In this document: in pieces, positions 9,529 through 19,190 of the stretch
Layout: each line of letters opens with the position of its first letter
Numbering within the stretch: position 1 is the first letter of the stretch
Source of the DNA: Spirochaetia bacterium
Lineage (GTDB): Bacteria; Spirochaetota; Spirochaetia; SZUA-6; Bin103
DNA length: 64,000 nt
Reading direction: 5' to 3'
NCBI GenBank assembly: GCA_965203905.1
Contig: CBDBDQ010000005.1
Coordinates: 4,352,001-4,416,000, forward strand
Program-made: the position numbers and the translations under genes
The notes under the pieces: generated by a model
What the model saw: only the letters and a program-made list of their open reading frames with translations
Databases searched by the model: none
Told to the model about the DNA's origin: nothing

Positions 9529-10440
9529 ATGCGTGCTGCGCAACCTCACGCCCTGCTCATTGCCCTGGTGCTGGCGCTCGTGCCCGCCCTGTCGGTGCTC
9601 GCACAGGACCACCGGACCGGCGCCGGCCACCTGACCCACGAGCTGTGCCCGGAACGGGATTGCGGCTCCTCCGTGGTGCGGTTTCTGGAGGCTTTCCGGA
9701 GTGACGACGATGGTGACCTGGCGCGCCTGATCGACTTTCCCGTGTTTCGCGGGTATCCAGTCGTCGCACCGATTCAGCGCGACCAGTTCAGCGCACGATT
9801 CGACGACTTGTTCGATTCGGAGTTGGCGCATTTCATCATCGCGTCCGACCTCGAGGACTGGGAGATGGGCGGCTGGCGGGGGATCGTGCTGCGGGGGCCG
9901 AGAGGCGCCCACGTATGGTTGCATCACGACGGCTCGTTGCGCGGCGTGTACGGCGGTTGGAAACCCGCCTGGATCGCGGAGTGGCACCGGCTCATCAACC
10001 TGGAGCGGAGTCAGCTGCACCCCAGTCTGCACGAGTACGCGCGACCGATTCTGGACTGGGAGACGCAGAGTCACCGCATCCGCATCGACAGTCTGGCCGG
10101 CGGCAGCTACCGCTACGCTTCCTGGAAACTCGGCGCTCCGCGCAGAGCCAGGCCGGATCTGGTGCTCCAGGACGGCAGACTGTTCGGCCACGGAGGCTGC
10201 GGCAATCACCAGTACGACTTCGTTATCGGCCAGTACCTGTATCAGGTAATGATCCATAGCTGCGATGGCAGCGCCACGCCCGGAGAGTTGCTCGTGTATC
10301 GCCTCCCGGGAGGGACCGCGGCCCCCTCCTTCGGCGCGGCGCCGCCGGAGGGCTACGAGTTGCTGCGCCGGGAACCCTTCACCAGGACGCCGAACACCCT
10401 CGAAGAGCTGGCCATCGGCGCCCGCCGCAGAACCGAGTAG
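9529..10440 (+). CDS. Exported hypothetical protein
   Basis: Signal peptide (LLIALVLALVPALSVLA-Q), normal globular composition, fills the gap between neighbours. Confidence 0.75.
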   Translation: MRAAQPHALLIALVLALVPALSVLAQDHRTGAGHLTHELCPERDCGSSVVRFLEAFRSDDDGDLARLIDFPVFRGYPVVAPIQRDQFSARFDDLFDSELAHFIIASDLEDWEMGGWRGIVLRGPRGAHVWLHHDGSLRGVYGGWKPAWIAEWHRLINLERSQLHPSLHEYARPILDWETQSHRIRIDSLAGGSYRYASWKLGAPRRARPDLVLQDGRLFGHGGCGNHQYDFVIGQYLYQVMIHSCDGSATPGELLVYRLPGGTAAPSFGAAPPEGYELLRREPFTRTPNTLEELAIGARRRTE

Positions 10441-10541
10441 AGGTAGCCCACTTCCCGCAGTTTCGTCGATGTCCGACTGTCGGCATAAGCGTAGGCGATC
10501 CCCGGCGTACTCACAGCGGTAGGGGCGGGTGCTCCGCTCCT

Positions 10542-10672
10542 CCCTATCGTATCCGACCAGATGTGCACTATCTGAACTCGCAACCCTTGCGGTACGTCGT
10601 CGTACACGTATACATCCGCAAAATCGCCTCGAAGTTGCTTCTGGCGCTTCGAGAAATGTTGACTACAGCCAA
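10542..10672 (-). pseudogene. Frameshifted, truncated N-terminal remnant resembling STM4504/CBY_0614-type proteins
   Basis: AAGGGGG then TTG at 10672. Adding one T in the T3 run (forward aaa 10654-10656) gives MAVVNIFSKRQKQLRGDFADVYVYDDVPQGLRVQIVHIWSDTIG, after which protein-like sequence ends. Family resemblance is from memory. Confidence 0.6.
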
Positions 10673-11952
10673 TTGGATGCCCCCTTATGCAGCGATCTGG
10701 GTGCAGCGTAGATGGTGAGCCTGGTGGCGTCGCCGATCTGTTCCAGGAGGGGGCGGCGGCCGGACAGGCGTTCGCTGTCGCGGACCAGTTTCAGGAAGCC
10801 CTCGCCGCGCGCCTCCATGTAGCTGGCGCCGCTGAGCGGGCTCTTGAAGTCGCGCATGAAGCCGGCGAGGAACTGGTTGCGGCGAGCCGGCTGGCACCCG
10901 GCGTACAGGTTCTCGATGGTGAGGGTGTTGTAAAGCGCGCCGGGGTTCTGGAATTCGATGCGGTCGGGGAACAGGCGGATGATGATCTGCGACCCGCGCG
11001 CCTCGTAGTCACGGTGGACGACGGCGTTTACCACCGCTTCCTGCAGCGCGGTCTGGGCGTAGCTCGGGTAGTCGTGGCGGCCGTCCCAGTCCTTTCTCGA
11101 TGCGGTCGGCACCAGGGCGGAGGATCGGAAGTAGGTGAGTGTCTGTGCGATCTGCTCCGGCAGCGGTCCGGTGATGCGTCTGCTGTCGACAGTCTCTCCG
11201 TCGGCCGTAGCGCCGTGGTAGGCGGCGATGTCGACGTAGGCACCGGGCAGGAATCGCTCCGGGTGCTCCGTGAACAGGAGGACTCCCAGGTGGGTCGGTG
11301 TCACGCCCGCGTCGGTGGAGATGGCGAGCTTGTGTGCGCGGAGGATGCGATCCCACTCCTCGGGGCTGGACCAGTCCGGGAAGCGGTCGCGGAAGTAGTG
11401 TTCCAGCCGCAAATCGTGCAGGTCTTCGAGCGTGCTGCCGAACACGGGCCGCTCCTCGATAGGGTTGCTCATGCGCCGGACGCTCAACATGCGCGCCAGC
11501 CGCTCGGCCGGAATCAGACGCCGGTGACTGCCGATGCGCTGCAGAAAGCGGCCGTCGCTGGTCTGGTGCAGTTCGTGGAGCGATCGCGGGATCTCGACGA
11601 TCAGGCACAGTGCAGAGGTCTCTGCCGCTCCCGGGAGATACTCCCAGTTCAGGACTGGCACGATCATCGGCACGCAGTTCTCCGTAGCGGCGTTGACCAC
11701 CAGTTGCTCGACGAGTTCCCGCCGATCAGGGTCGATCCCCACCGGTGATCGGTCACTGTCACGCACTCCCAATACCACGCGGCCGCCGTTGGTATTCGCC
11801 ATGCTCACGAACACCTCGGCAAGCCGCGCCGGGGCTCGCCCCTCGCCGGATCCGAACGAGACCCGGTTCCCCCGAAACAGGACTTCCTTCAGTTCGAGCT
11901 CGCTGTCCTCTCCGGCCCGTATGGAGTCAAGGAGTGCCGTTACGTCGACCAT
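10663..11952 (-). CDS. AlbA_2 (Schlafen-like) domain plus HATPase_c_4 domain protein
   Basis: GEDSELELKE, SMANTNGGRVVLGV in the N-domain; ALQEAVVNAVVHRDY, DRIEFQNPG, RN, EARGEG in the C-domain; no C-terminal HTH. Confidence 0.88.
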   Translation of the reverse strand: MVDVTALLDSIRAGEDSELELKEVLFRGNRVSFGSGEGRAPARLAEVFVSMANTNGGRVVLGVRDSDRSPVGIDPDRRELVEQLVVNAATENCVPMIVPVLNWEYLPGAAETSALCLIVEIPRSLHELHQTSDGRFLQRIGSHRRLIPAERLARMLSVRRMSNPIEERPVFGSTLEDLHDLRLEHYFRDRFPDWSSPEEWDRILRAHKLAISTDAGVTPTHLGVLLFTEHPERFLPGAYVDIAAYHGATADGETVDSRRITGPLPEQIAQTLTYFRSSALVPTASRKDWDGRHDYPSYAQTALQEAVVNAVVHRDYEARGSQIIIRLFPDRIEFQNPGALYNTLTIENLYAGCQPARRNQFLAGFMRDFKSPLSGASYMEARGEGFLKLVRDSERLSGRRPLLEQIGDATRLTIYAAPRSLHKGASNWL

Positions 11953-11998
11953 TCACCACGTCGCCCGTCCGTATCGTACCGTGATGCGGCGCAACCGG

Positions 11999-13021
11999 TC
12001 AGCCGCCGCCGTACTCATTGGCCGGGTTGCGGTAGATGGAGTGGTAGTGGCCGGCATTGGTTCCAACCCCTCCCCGGGTCGCGAATTCGACGATCAGCGT
12101 CGGACCCTGGATCCGGTAGTAGATGGAGCCGGCCGCGTCGAGCGGGCCGTTCCAGGCGAAGCGCAGTCGGGCGAGATCCGCTTCGATCTCCGCCAGCCGG
12201 CGCGCCGCGGCTGCCGGCGGCATCACTCTGACCCAGAGGCCGATCAGTTCCAGCAGCTGCCGCTGCCGCGCAGCCGGCCAGTCGGCCACGCGGCTCCCTT
12301 CGAGAGGGGGGATCTCGCCATCCGCGCCCGCGCCGGCATACAGCTCACGGGGACGGTTGCTGACCATCGCGGCCCCACGCTGGGCGTCGGGCAAGGCTGC
12401 CACCAAGGCGACGCCGCCGGTGACGTGATCGGCCAGCGGCGTCAGCTCGGCTCCGTCCACCGCGAAGGTGGCGGGTTCGATGCCGACGAAAGTGGGTGAC
12501 ATGCTGATGGCGCCTGCGCCCAGAGATACGTAGAGCGCGAGGTGGTGGCCGCCAAACTGCCAGCTCCAGTTCTGCGATTTCGCCGGCTCACCGAAGAACG
12601 CCAGCCAGTAGTTGTCCGCGCTCCAGCCCAGCCGCGATGCCCGCGGCGCAGCGGCCAGTGCGTTTTCCGCGGCCAGCACGCCCGCAATCAGATGGTAGCC
12701 GTGACCGCTCGCCGCCGCCGCGAGGAAGTCGAACAGAGCCGCGCGCTGCCGATCGCTCAGGTCGCCGACGCGTATACCGTTGCGCTCGAACCGCAGCATC
12801 CCGGCGGGCAGGTTCGACCAGTTGACTTTGAGCGGCGAGTCCGGTGGCAGCACGACCGCCGCGGACTGAGTTGTGTCGAGGGTCTCGAGGAACCGCGTGG
12901 CGGCGCTGGTGGCCGCCTCGATCTCTGCCCGGATCGCGGTATCGGCGCCCGTGGCAAGCGCCGCCGCCAGCATGGCTCCGATCGCGAACGGGCGTGCGAC
13001 AGCACGGATGGTAGTCTGCAT
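11999..13021 (-). CDS. DUF3500 domain protein, exported
   Basis: YWLAFFGEP, WSWQFGGHHL, PTFVG, YYRIQGP, HYHSIYRNPANEYG; signal peptide; AGGAGGAG RBS. Confidence 0.85.
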   Translation of the reverse strand: MQTTIRAVARPFAIGAMLAAALATGADTAIRAEIEAATSAATRFLETLDTTQSAAVVLPPDSPLKVNWSNLPAGMLRFERNGIRVGDLSDRQRAALFDFLAAAASGHGYHLIAGVLAAENALAAAPRASRLGWSADNYWLAFFGEPAKSQNWSWQFGGHHLALYVSLGAGAISMSPTFVGIEPATFAVDGAELTPLADHVTGGVALVAALPDAQRGAAMVSNRPRELYAGAGADGEIPPLEGSRVADWPAARQRQLLELIGLWVRVMPPAAAARRLAEIEADLARLRFAWNGPLDAAGSIYYRIQGPTLIVEFATRGGVGTNAGHYHSIYRNPANEYGGG

Positions 13022-13211
13022 CTCTCCTCCTGCGCCGGGAGCTACGGGCGGTCGGCTTTACTCCGCGGGGCGGTTTCAGTAGGTTGAGAACATACCAAGC
13101 AATAGCCCGGTTTCTCTGCCGCCTGTGCGTTGATCGGCCGCGCGTATTGATTGGCTGCGCGTCGTTGAGCACGGTGGCAATGACAGCGTAACCGGGAACT
13201 CGCGGAGGTGC

Positions 13212-14216
13212 ATGAACGTGATCACGGTGGAGGGTGTCTCCAAGCGCTACGGCCAGCATCTCGCGGTCGACAACATCAACTTCCGCGTCGACGACGGCGA
13301 GATCGTCGGCTTTCTTGGCCCCAATGGCGCCGGCAAGTCGACCACCATGAACATCATCACCGGCTATCTGTCGGCGACCGCGGGCAAGGTCACGGTGGAT
13401 GGCTACGACGTGCTGGAAGATCCGGATCGGGTGAAGCGGCGCGTCGGCTACCTGCCGGAACTGCCGCCGCTCTACGTCGACATGACGGTGCGCGAATACC
13501 TGCGCTTCGTGGCGCGGCTGAAGAAGGCGGACCGCAGCACCTGGGCCGCCCACCAGGAGCGCATCCTGGAGCTCGCCGGCATCACCCACGTGCGCGACCG
13601 CCTGATCAAGAACCTGTCCAAGGGCTACCGGCAGCGCGTCGGCTTGGCGCAGGCGCTGGTCGGCAACCCCAAGGTGCTGATTCTGGACGAGCCCACCATC
13701 GGCCTCGATCCGCACCAGATCATAGAGATCCGCAACCTGATCCGGGAGCTGGGTCACGAGCACACCATCATCCTGAGCTCGCACATCCTGCCGGAGGTGA
13801 GCGCGGTGTGCGACCGCGTGGTCATCATCAACCGCGGCCGGCTGGTGGCCTCGGATACCACCGAGAACCTCGGCAAGCGCCTGCACGACAGCAGCCAGTT
13901 CCGGCTGCGGGTAGCCGGCAGCGAGGCGGATGCGCTCACCGCCCTGAGCGGCGTGGAGGGCGTCAACGAGGTGAGCGCCCAGGGCTCCGTGGAGCAGGGC
14001 ACCGTGGACCTGCGGGTGGAGACCACCGCCGGCGCCGACCCGCGCCGTGCCATCTTTCACGCACTGAGCAAGGCCGATCTGCCGATCTACCTGATGACGG
14101 CCATGGACTACACCCTGGAAGAGATCTTCCTGCAGCTCACCACCGAAGACGCGGCCGCGGAGGCCGATGCGGATGCTACCGCCGGCGCCGTGGCCGCCGC
14201 CGAGGAGGCCGACTGA
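13212..14216 (+). CDS. ABC transporter ATP-binding protein (GldA-like)
   Basis: GPNGAGKST, LSKGYRQR, ILDEP, SSH; GGAGGT RBS. Confidence 0.95.
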   Translation: MNVITVEGVSKRYGQHLAVDNINFRVDDGEIVGFLGPNGAGKSTTMNIITGYLSATAGKVTVDGYDVLEDPDRVKRRVGYLPELPPLYVDMTVREYLRFVARLKKADRSTWAAHQERILELAGITHVRDRLIKNLSKGYRQRVGLAQALVGNPKVLILDEPTIGLDPHQIIEIRNLIRELGHEHTIILSSHILPEVSAVCDRVVIINRGRLVASDTTENLGKRLHDSSQFRLRVAGSEADALTALSGVEGVNEVSAQGSVEQGTVDLRVETTAGADPRRAIFHALSKADLPIYLMTAMDYTLEEIFLQLTTEDAAAEADADATAGAVAAAEEAD

Positions 14217-15079
14217 TGCTCGCGGTGCTGCTGCGCGAGCTGCGCGCCTACTACTTCTCGCCGATCGGCTACATCTTCATGGGCTTCTTCCTGCTGCTGG
14301 CGGGGTTCTTCTTCGCCACCGACAACGTGCTGCGCTCAAACCCGCAATTCCAGGGCGTGCTGAGCTCGATCATCTTCGTGTTCCTGGTGATCGTGCCGAT
14401 TCTCACCATGCGCCTGTTCGCGGACGAGAAGCGCCAGCGCACCGATCAGCTGCTGATGACGGTACCGGTGAGCGTGACCGGCATCGTGCTGGGCAAGTAC
14501 TTCGCCGCCGTGGGCGTGTTCCTGTTCACGCTGCTGGTCACCGTTCTCTATCCCGTGACCATGAGCTTCTTCGGGCGCCTGCCCGGCTGGGAGATCCTGG
14601 GCGGCTACATCGGGTTCTTCCTGCTCGGCTGCACCTTCATCGCCGTAGGGATGCTGATGTCCTCGCTCACCGACAACCAGGTGATCGCCGCGGTTTCCAC
14701 GTTCGCCGCCCTGTTGCTGATGTGGATCATCGACTTCGTCCAGAACGGGGTCCCGGCGGGCACCGTGCCGGGCATCGTGTTCGCCTCGGCCCTCGGAGCG
14801 CTGGTGGCACTGTGGGTCTATCTCGCCACCCGCAACCTGGTGATCACCGCGGCGATGGTGGTGATCCTGGCGGCCGCCATCGTGCTGGTCGCCTTCTCCG
14901 TGCAGGGCTTCTTCGAGACCTTCATCATCGATTTTCTGGCATGGTTCTCCCTCACCAGCCGGTTCCAGCGCTTCATGGGCGGGGTCCTGGCGCTGAGCCC
15001 GATCGTCTATTACGTCTCGTTCTCGGCCGTGCTGGTGTTTCTCACCGTGCGCGTGATCGAACGCACCAGGTGGACTTGA
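14216..15079 (+). CDS. ABC-2 type permease (GldF-like)
   Basis: TGATG coupling; RELRAYYFSPIGY, TMRLFADEKRQRTDQLL, multiple TM helices. Confidence 0.92.
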   Translation: MLAVLLRELRAYYFSPIGYIFMGFFLLLAGFFFATDNVLRSNPQFQGVLSSIIFVFLVIVPILTMRLFADEKRQRTDQLLMTVPVSVTGIVLGKYFAAVGVFLFTLLVTVLYPVTMSFFGRLPGWEILGGYIGFFLLGCTFIAVGMLMSSLTDNQVIAAVSTFAALLLMWIIDFVQNGVPAGTVPGIVFASALGALVALWVYLATRNLVITAAMVVILAAAIVLVAFSVQGFFETFIIDFLAWFSLTSRFQRFMGGVLALSPIVYYVSFSAVLVFLTVRVIERTRWT

Positions 15080-15080
15080 T

Positions 15081-16517
15081 ATGAGCGACAGTTTCCTCAA
15101 CTCACAGATACGCCGCCTGCGTGAGAGCAAGCAGGTGCGCTACGGCGGCTACGCCCTGCTGACCTCGCTCGGAGCGGTGGCGGTCCTGGTACTGGTCAAT
15201 CTGCTGGTGGACCAGTTCGCGGTGGAGGTGGATCTCACCGAGAACCGCCTGTTCACCCTGTCGGACCAGACCTTCCAGGTGTTGGACGACCTCGCCAGCG
15301 ACGTCACGGTCTACCAGATCGCCACCACCGGGCGCGAGAACCAGCTCGTCGACTCGGTGCTGGAGCGCTATGCGCGGCGCAGCAAGCACGTCAAGCTGGC
15401 CACCCTCGATCCGGAGCGCAACCCCGGTCTGGCGAGCAAGTACGAGGAGGAGGGCCAGGTGCGGCCGGGTGGCCTGATCGTGGACGGCGGCGACCGTTTC
15501 CGGCAGATCAGCCAGTTCGACATCTTCAACGTCAACATGCAGACCCGGCAGGCGACCTCACTCTCCCTGGAGCAGGAGTTGACCGCAGCGATGCTGTACG
15601 TCACCACCGGCGACCTGCCCACGGTCTACGTGCTGGAGGGACACGGCGAGATGTCGCTGTTCCAGCTTGGCCTGCCGGGGCTCAGCGTGCGCGACCTGCT
15701 GGAGAACGAGAACTACGAGGTGGAGACGCTCGACCTGGTCTCGCGCGACGAGATTCCGGAAGGCGTCGACGTGCTGCTGGTGGTCGAGCCGGAGCAGGAT
15801 CTGACCAGCGACGAGGTTCAGCGCCTGGACACCTGGCTGCGCGACGGCGGGCGCGCCGTGTTCGCCCTGCAGGGAGCGCGCCGCACCCCGCTGCCCAACC
15901 TGGCGGAGCTGCTCGCCGGCTTCGGCGTCGAGCTGACCCACGGCATCATCGTGGAGGAGTCCGGCCGCCACACCCCAGACAGCCCCGCGTTCCTGGTGCC
16001 GGAGATGACCAGCCACGAGATCGTGTCGCCGATGCGCTCGGCGCGCCTGTTCACGGTGCTGCCGGCGGCCAGCCCCATCGCGGAGCTGGAGACCAAGCGC
16101 CGCACGCTCAAGGTGGAGTCGTTCCTCGACACCTCGGAGGGTTCGTTCCTGCGCACCGACTTCAACATCAACTCGGTGGAGCAGCAGGAGGGGGAGCCCA
16201 ACGGCCCGTTCTCCGTGGGTGTGGCGATCACCGATAACGACCTCGACGGCTACGTCAAGTCGCGCCTGGTGGTGTTCTCGTCGGTGCTGTTCCTGACCCA
16301 GCCCTACCAGGCCAACTACGACATGCTGCTCAACAGTCTGAGCTGGGCACGCAGCCGCGAGGAGTCGATCTCCATCCGCGCCAAGTCGCTGCGCACCTTC
16401 CCGCTGCGCATCACCCGTCTGGCGGCCCTGATCATCTCCGGCGTCGCCGTGCTGATCATACCGTTGGGCGTGCTGGGGGGCGGCCTGGCGGTGTGGCTGC
16501 GGCGGCGTCACCTGTAA
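15081..16517 (+). CDS. GldG family ABC auxiliary protein
   Basis: DLTENRLFTLS, EQELTAA, GHGE motif; N- and C-terminal TM helices. Confidence 0.9.
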   Translation: MSDSFLNSQIRRLRESKQVRYGGYALLTSLGAVAVLVLVNLLVDQFAVEVDLTENRLFTLSDQTFQVLDDLASDVTVYQIATTGRENQLVDSVLERYARRSKHVKLATLDPERNPGLASKYEEEGQVRPGGLIVDGGDRFRQISQFDIFNVNMQTRQATSLSLEQELTAAMLYVTTGDLPTVYVLEGHGEMSLFQLGLPGLSVRDLLENENYEVETLDLVSRDEIPEGVDVLLVVEPEQDLTSDEVQRLDTWLRDGGRAVFALQGARRTPLPNLAELLAGFGVELTHGIIVEESGRHTPDSPAFLVPEMTSHEIVSPMRSARLFTVLPAASPIAELETKRRTLKVESFLDTSEGSFLRTDFNINSVEQQEGEPNGPFSVGVAITDNDLDGYVKSRLVVFSSVLFLTQPYQANYDMLLNSLSWARSREESISIRAKSLRTFPLRITRLAALIISGVAVLIIPLGVLGGGLAVWLRRRHL

Positions 16518-16530
16518 CGGAGGCGGCTCG

Positions 16531-17979
16531 ATGGCGAATGAGCTTGCGGACCAGGCCCGGACACGAAAGGGCGGGCCGCGGCGCCTGATCGTTCTGGCGG
16601 CGATCGTGGTCGGGGTGGCGGCCCTGGTGGTGCTGCTGATCGTGGTGCAGCGGCGCCCGCCGCCGGTGCCCGAAGCGGACCCGACGCCGCCCAAACCGCA
16701 GATTTCGCGGGTCGAGATCGAGCGCATCGTGGCGGTGTCGTTGACCGGCCCGGGGCGCGAGCAGCCGTTCGGCATGCGGCGCACCGAGTCCGGCTGGGAG
16801 GTGGCCGGGGCGAGCAGCGCGATCCCGATCAAGGAGTCGCGCATCAGGGACATACTGTACAGCTTCGGCAGCCTGTACGCGGAGCGGGTCATCGAGGAGG
16901 AAGCGGCCGATCTGGCTCAGTACGGCCTCGATCCGCCCGCGGTGGTGGCGGTGGCCACGCTGGACGACGACTCCACGATCGAGGTGTACCTCGGCAACCG
17001 CACGCCCGCGGGCAACACCTGGTACCTGGGGCTGCCCGGGAAGCGCATTGTATACTCGGTGTGGACCAATCACGGCAACCACTACTACTACACGGTGGCC
17101 GACCTGCGCGGCGACGAGCTGCCCACGATCAACGCCGAGGCGCTCAGCTACCTGCGGCTGCGGGGGCCGGAGGTGCCCACGATCGAGGTCGTCGAGACCA
17201 ATCCGGTGGACGTGCGCTTCGCCAACCTGCTGACCCGGCTGGCGGTGGTGCAGCCGTACGCGAGTCCGCGCGCCATTGATTCCGAGAAGTTCGCCGAGGT
17301 GCAGTCGCTGGTGGTGCAGCCGCGTATCGACCGCATCGTGAGCGATGATCCGGCGGCGGCCGCCGAGTACGGCCTGGCCCCGCCGCGCATGGAGCTGCTG
17401 GCGCGCGACGCCGAGGGCGCGGTGTTCGAGCTGCTGATTGGCGACGAGGCCGACGACGAGGTGTTCTTCCAGGTGCCGGGCCGCGCCACGGTGTACGCCA
17501 CCAAGCGCTCGCGGACCAGGATCCTCGACCTGCGGCCCTTCGAGCTGGTGGACAAGTTCGTGCTGATCCTCAACATCGAGTTGGTGGATGCGATCGAGAT
17601 CGAGCATCCCGGAGGGGTCAACCGGCTCACCATCGAGCGCACCGGTTCGGGGGACGACCTGGTGGAGTCGTTCGCCGTCGACGGCGCCGCCATCGAGGAC
17701 AAGCCGTTCCGGCAGCTCTATCAGCTTATCATCGGGTTGCTGGCGGACGCCGAGCTGCCGGCGGCCGACCGCGAGGCGATTTTGGCGGCGGCCCCGGAAG
17801 TGCGCATCACCTACCTCATGAACTCACCGCCCGACGCGCGGATGTCGGCGGCGCTGGTGCCCTACGACCGCCAGTTCTTCGCCGCGGTCCGCGACGACAC
17901 CGCGGAGTTCATGGTGTCACGCGCCCAGGTGGCGCGGCTACTGGACGGCCTCGCCGCCCACACCGACAGCGGCGGCTGA
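16531..17979 (+). CDS. DUF4340 domain membrane-anchored protein
   Basis: N-terminal TM; repeated YGLDPP / YGLAPP motifs; usual position after GldG. Confidence 0.85.
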   Translation: MANELADQARTRKGGPRRLIVLAAIVVGVAALVVLLIVVQRRPPPVPEADPTPPKPQISRVEIERIVAVSLTGPGREQPFGMRRTESGWEVAGASSAIPIKESRIRDILYSFGSLYAERVIEEEAADLAQYGLDPPAVVAVATLDDDSTIEVYLGNRTPAGNTWYLGLPGKRIVYSVWTNHGNHYYYTVADLRGDELPTINAEALSYLRLRGPEVPTIEVVETNPVDVRFANLLTRLAVVQPYASPRAIDSEKFAEVQSLVVQPRIDRIVSDDPAAAAEYGLAPPRMELLARDAEGAVFELLIGDEADDEVFFQVPGRATVYATKRSRTRILDLRPFELVDKFVLILNIELVDAIEIEHPGGVNRLTIERTGSGDDLVESFAVDGAAIEDKPFRQLYQLIIGLLADAELPAADREAILAAAPEVRITYLMNSPPDARMSAALVPYDRQFFAAVRDDTAEFMVSRAQVARLLDGLAAHTDSGG

Positions 17980-18018
17980 CGCCGGCCACCGCGCCGCGGC
18001 GCCGGCTGGTGCCGCGGG

Positions 18019-18717
18019 TCACCCCGGCGGTGGTGTCCGGTCCGCTTGCACGGAGATGCCCAGCTCGGCCTCGCTGCGGCGGAGGTACAGAGGGGTCAGG
18101 TCGGCGGCCGCGGTGGGGACGCCGCGGGCGGTGAGCTCCAGCAGGCTGGGGGCGGCCGCGGCGGGCAGTTCCCGGTCTACCAGCCAGTCGTTTCCCGGCC
18201 CGCCCGCGAGCCTGGCGGCGAACAGGGCGGCGGCCGGTCCCGTCAGCAGTACCGGCTCGCCGGGCGTGGCCGCGGCCTGCACCGTGGCGGCCAGCGCGCC
18301 GGGGCCCTGGTCGACGTAGGGAGTGACGCGGCGCCCCTGCCGGTAGCAGGCGGCGTAGAAGCGGCGCTTGCGGGCGTCGATCAGCGGCACCACCAGCCCG
18401 GCCGCGTGGCGCCGGGTGTAGGCCAGGGCATCAAGACCGCAGATCCCCACCAGCTTGGCGTTGCCGGCCGCGGCCATCCCCTTGGCGGTGGCGAGCCCGA
18501 TGCGCACCCCCGTGAACGACCCGGGCCCGATGCCGACGCCGATCAGCTCCACCCCGGCGGCCGTCACCCCGAGCTCCGCGGTAACGCGGGCGATCCACGG
18601 TGCGAGCTGCGACGCATGACGCAGCCCGCAGTGAGCATAGTGGGCGGCCCAGGAGTCGCCATCGGCGGCCGCCACCACCAGCGTCTCGGTGGCGGTGTCG
18701 AGGGCCACGAGGGTCAA
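18019..18717 (-). CDS. tsaB: tRNA threonylcarbamoyladenosine biosynthesis protein TsaB
   Basis: TTG start overlapping the tsaE stop; LDTAT, GPGSFTGVRIG, IDARK, PLYLR. Confidence 0.93.
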   Translation of the reverse strand: MTLVALDTATETLVVAAADGDSWAAHYAHCGLRHASQLAPWIARVTAELGVTAAGVELIGVGIGPGSFTGVRIGLATAKGMAAAGNAKLVGICGLDALAYTRRHAAGLVVPLIDARKRRFYAACYRQGRRVTPYVDQGPGALAATVQAAATPGEPVLLTGPAAALFAARLAGGPGNDWLVDRELPAAAAPSLLELTARGVPTAAADLTPLYLRRSEAELGISVQADRTPPPG

Positions 18718-19190
18718 GCCTGCTCTCCTGCCGGCTCGACGATTTCCAGCCGGCGGCTCAGGTCGTCGGCGATCTCGATGCGTACCTGGACGGTCTCTTC
18801 GGGAAGCGCGTCGCCGGCGTGCTCGGGCCATTCCACGAGCGCCACGCCCGCGCCATGGATGAAGTCGTCCAACGCCAGGGACGCCAGTTCCGCGGACGAG
18901 TCCACGCGGTACAGGTCGATATGGTAGAAGGTGACCGGAACGCCGCCTTCGAGCGTCCCATCGTATTCCAGCACCAATTGGTAGGTGGGACTGGTAACCG
19001 CCTCCGCAATGCCCATTCCCCGCGCCACGCCCCGGGCGAACGTCGTCTTGCCGGCGCCGAGGGTTCCCTGCAGCGCGATCACGGCACCGTTCCCGGCGGC
19101 CAGCCGGCGGTGCAGGCGGCGCGCAAGCCGCGACCCCGCCGCGACCGTGTCGGCATCGGTGCGGCACACCAGTCGAGTGACTCGCTTCAT
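18714..19190 (-). CDS. tsaE: tRNA threonylcarbamoyladenosine biosynthesis ATPase TsaE
   Basis: GTLGAGKTT, SPTY, HIDLYR, VEWPE. Confidence 0.95.
   Translation of the reverse strand: MKRVTRLVCRTDADTVAAGSRLARRLHRRLAAGNGAVIALQGTLGAGKTTFARGVARGMGIAEAVTSPTYQLVLEYDGTLEGGVPVTFYHIDLYRVDSSAELASLALDDFIHGAGVALVEWPEHAGDALPEETVQVRIEIADDLSRRLEIVEPAGEQA

Noticed and set aside
10353-10607. 84-aa minus-strand ORF as an intact gene
   Set aside because: Only its first ~22 codons look protein-like and belong to the frameshifted remnant; the rest runs antisense into the neighbouring gene.
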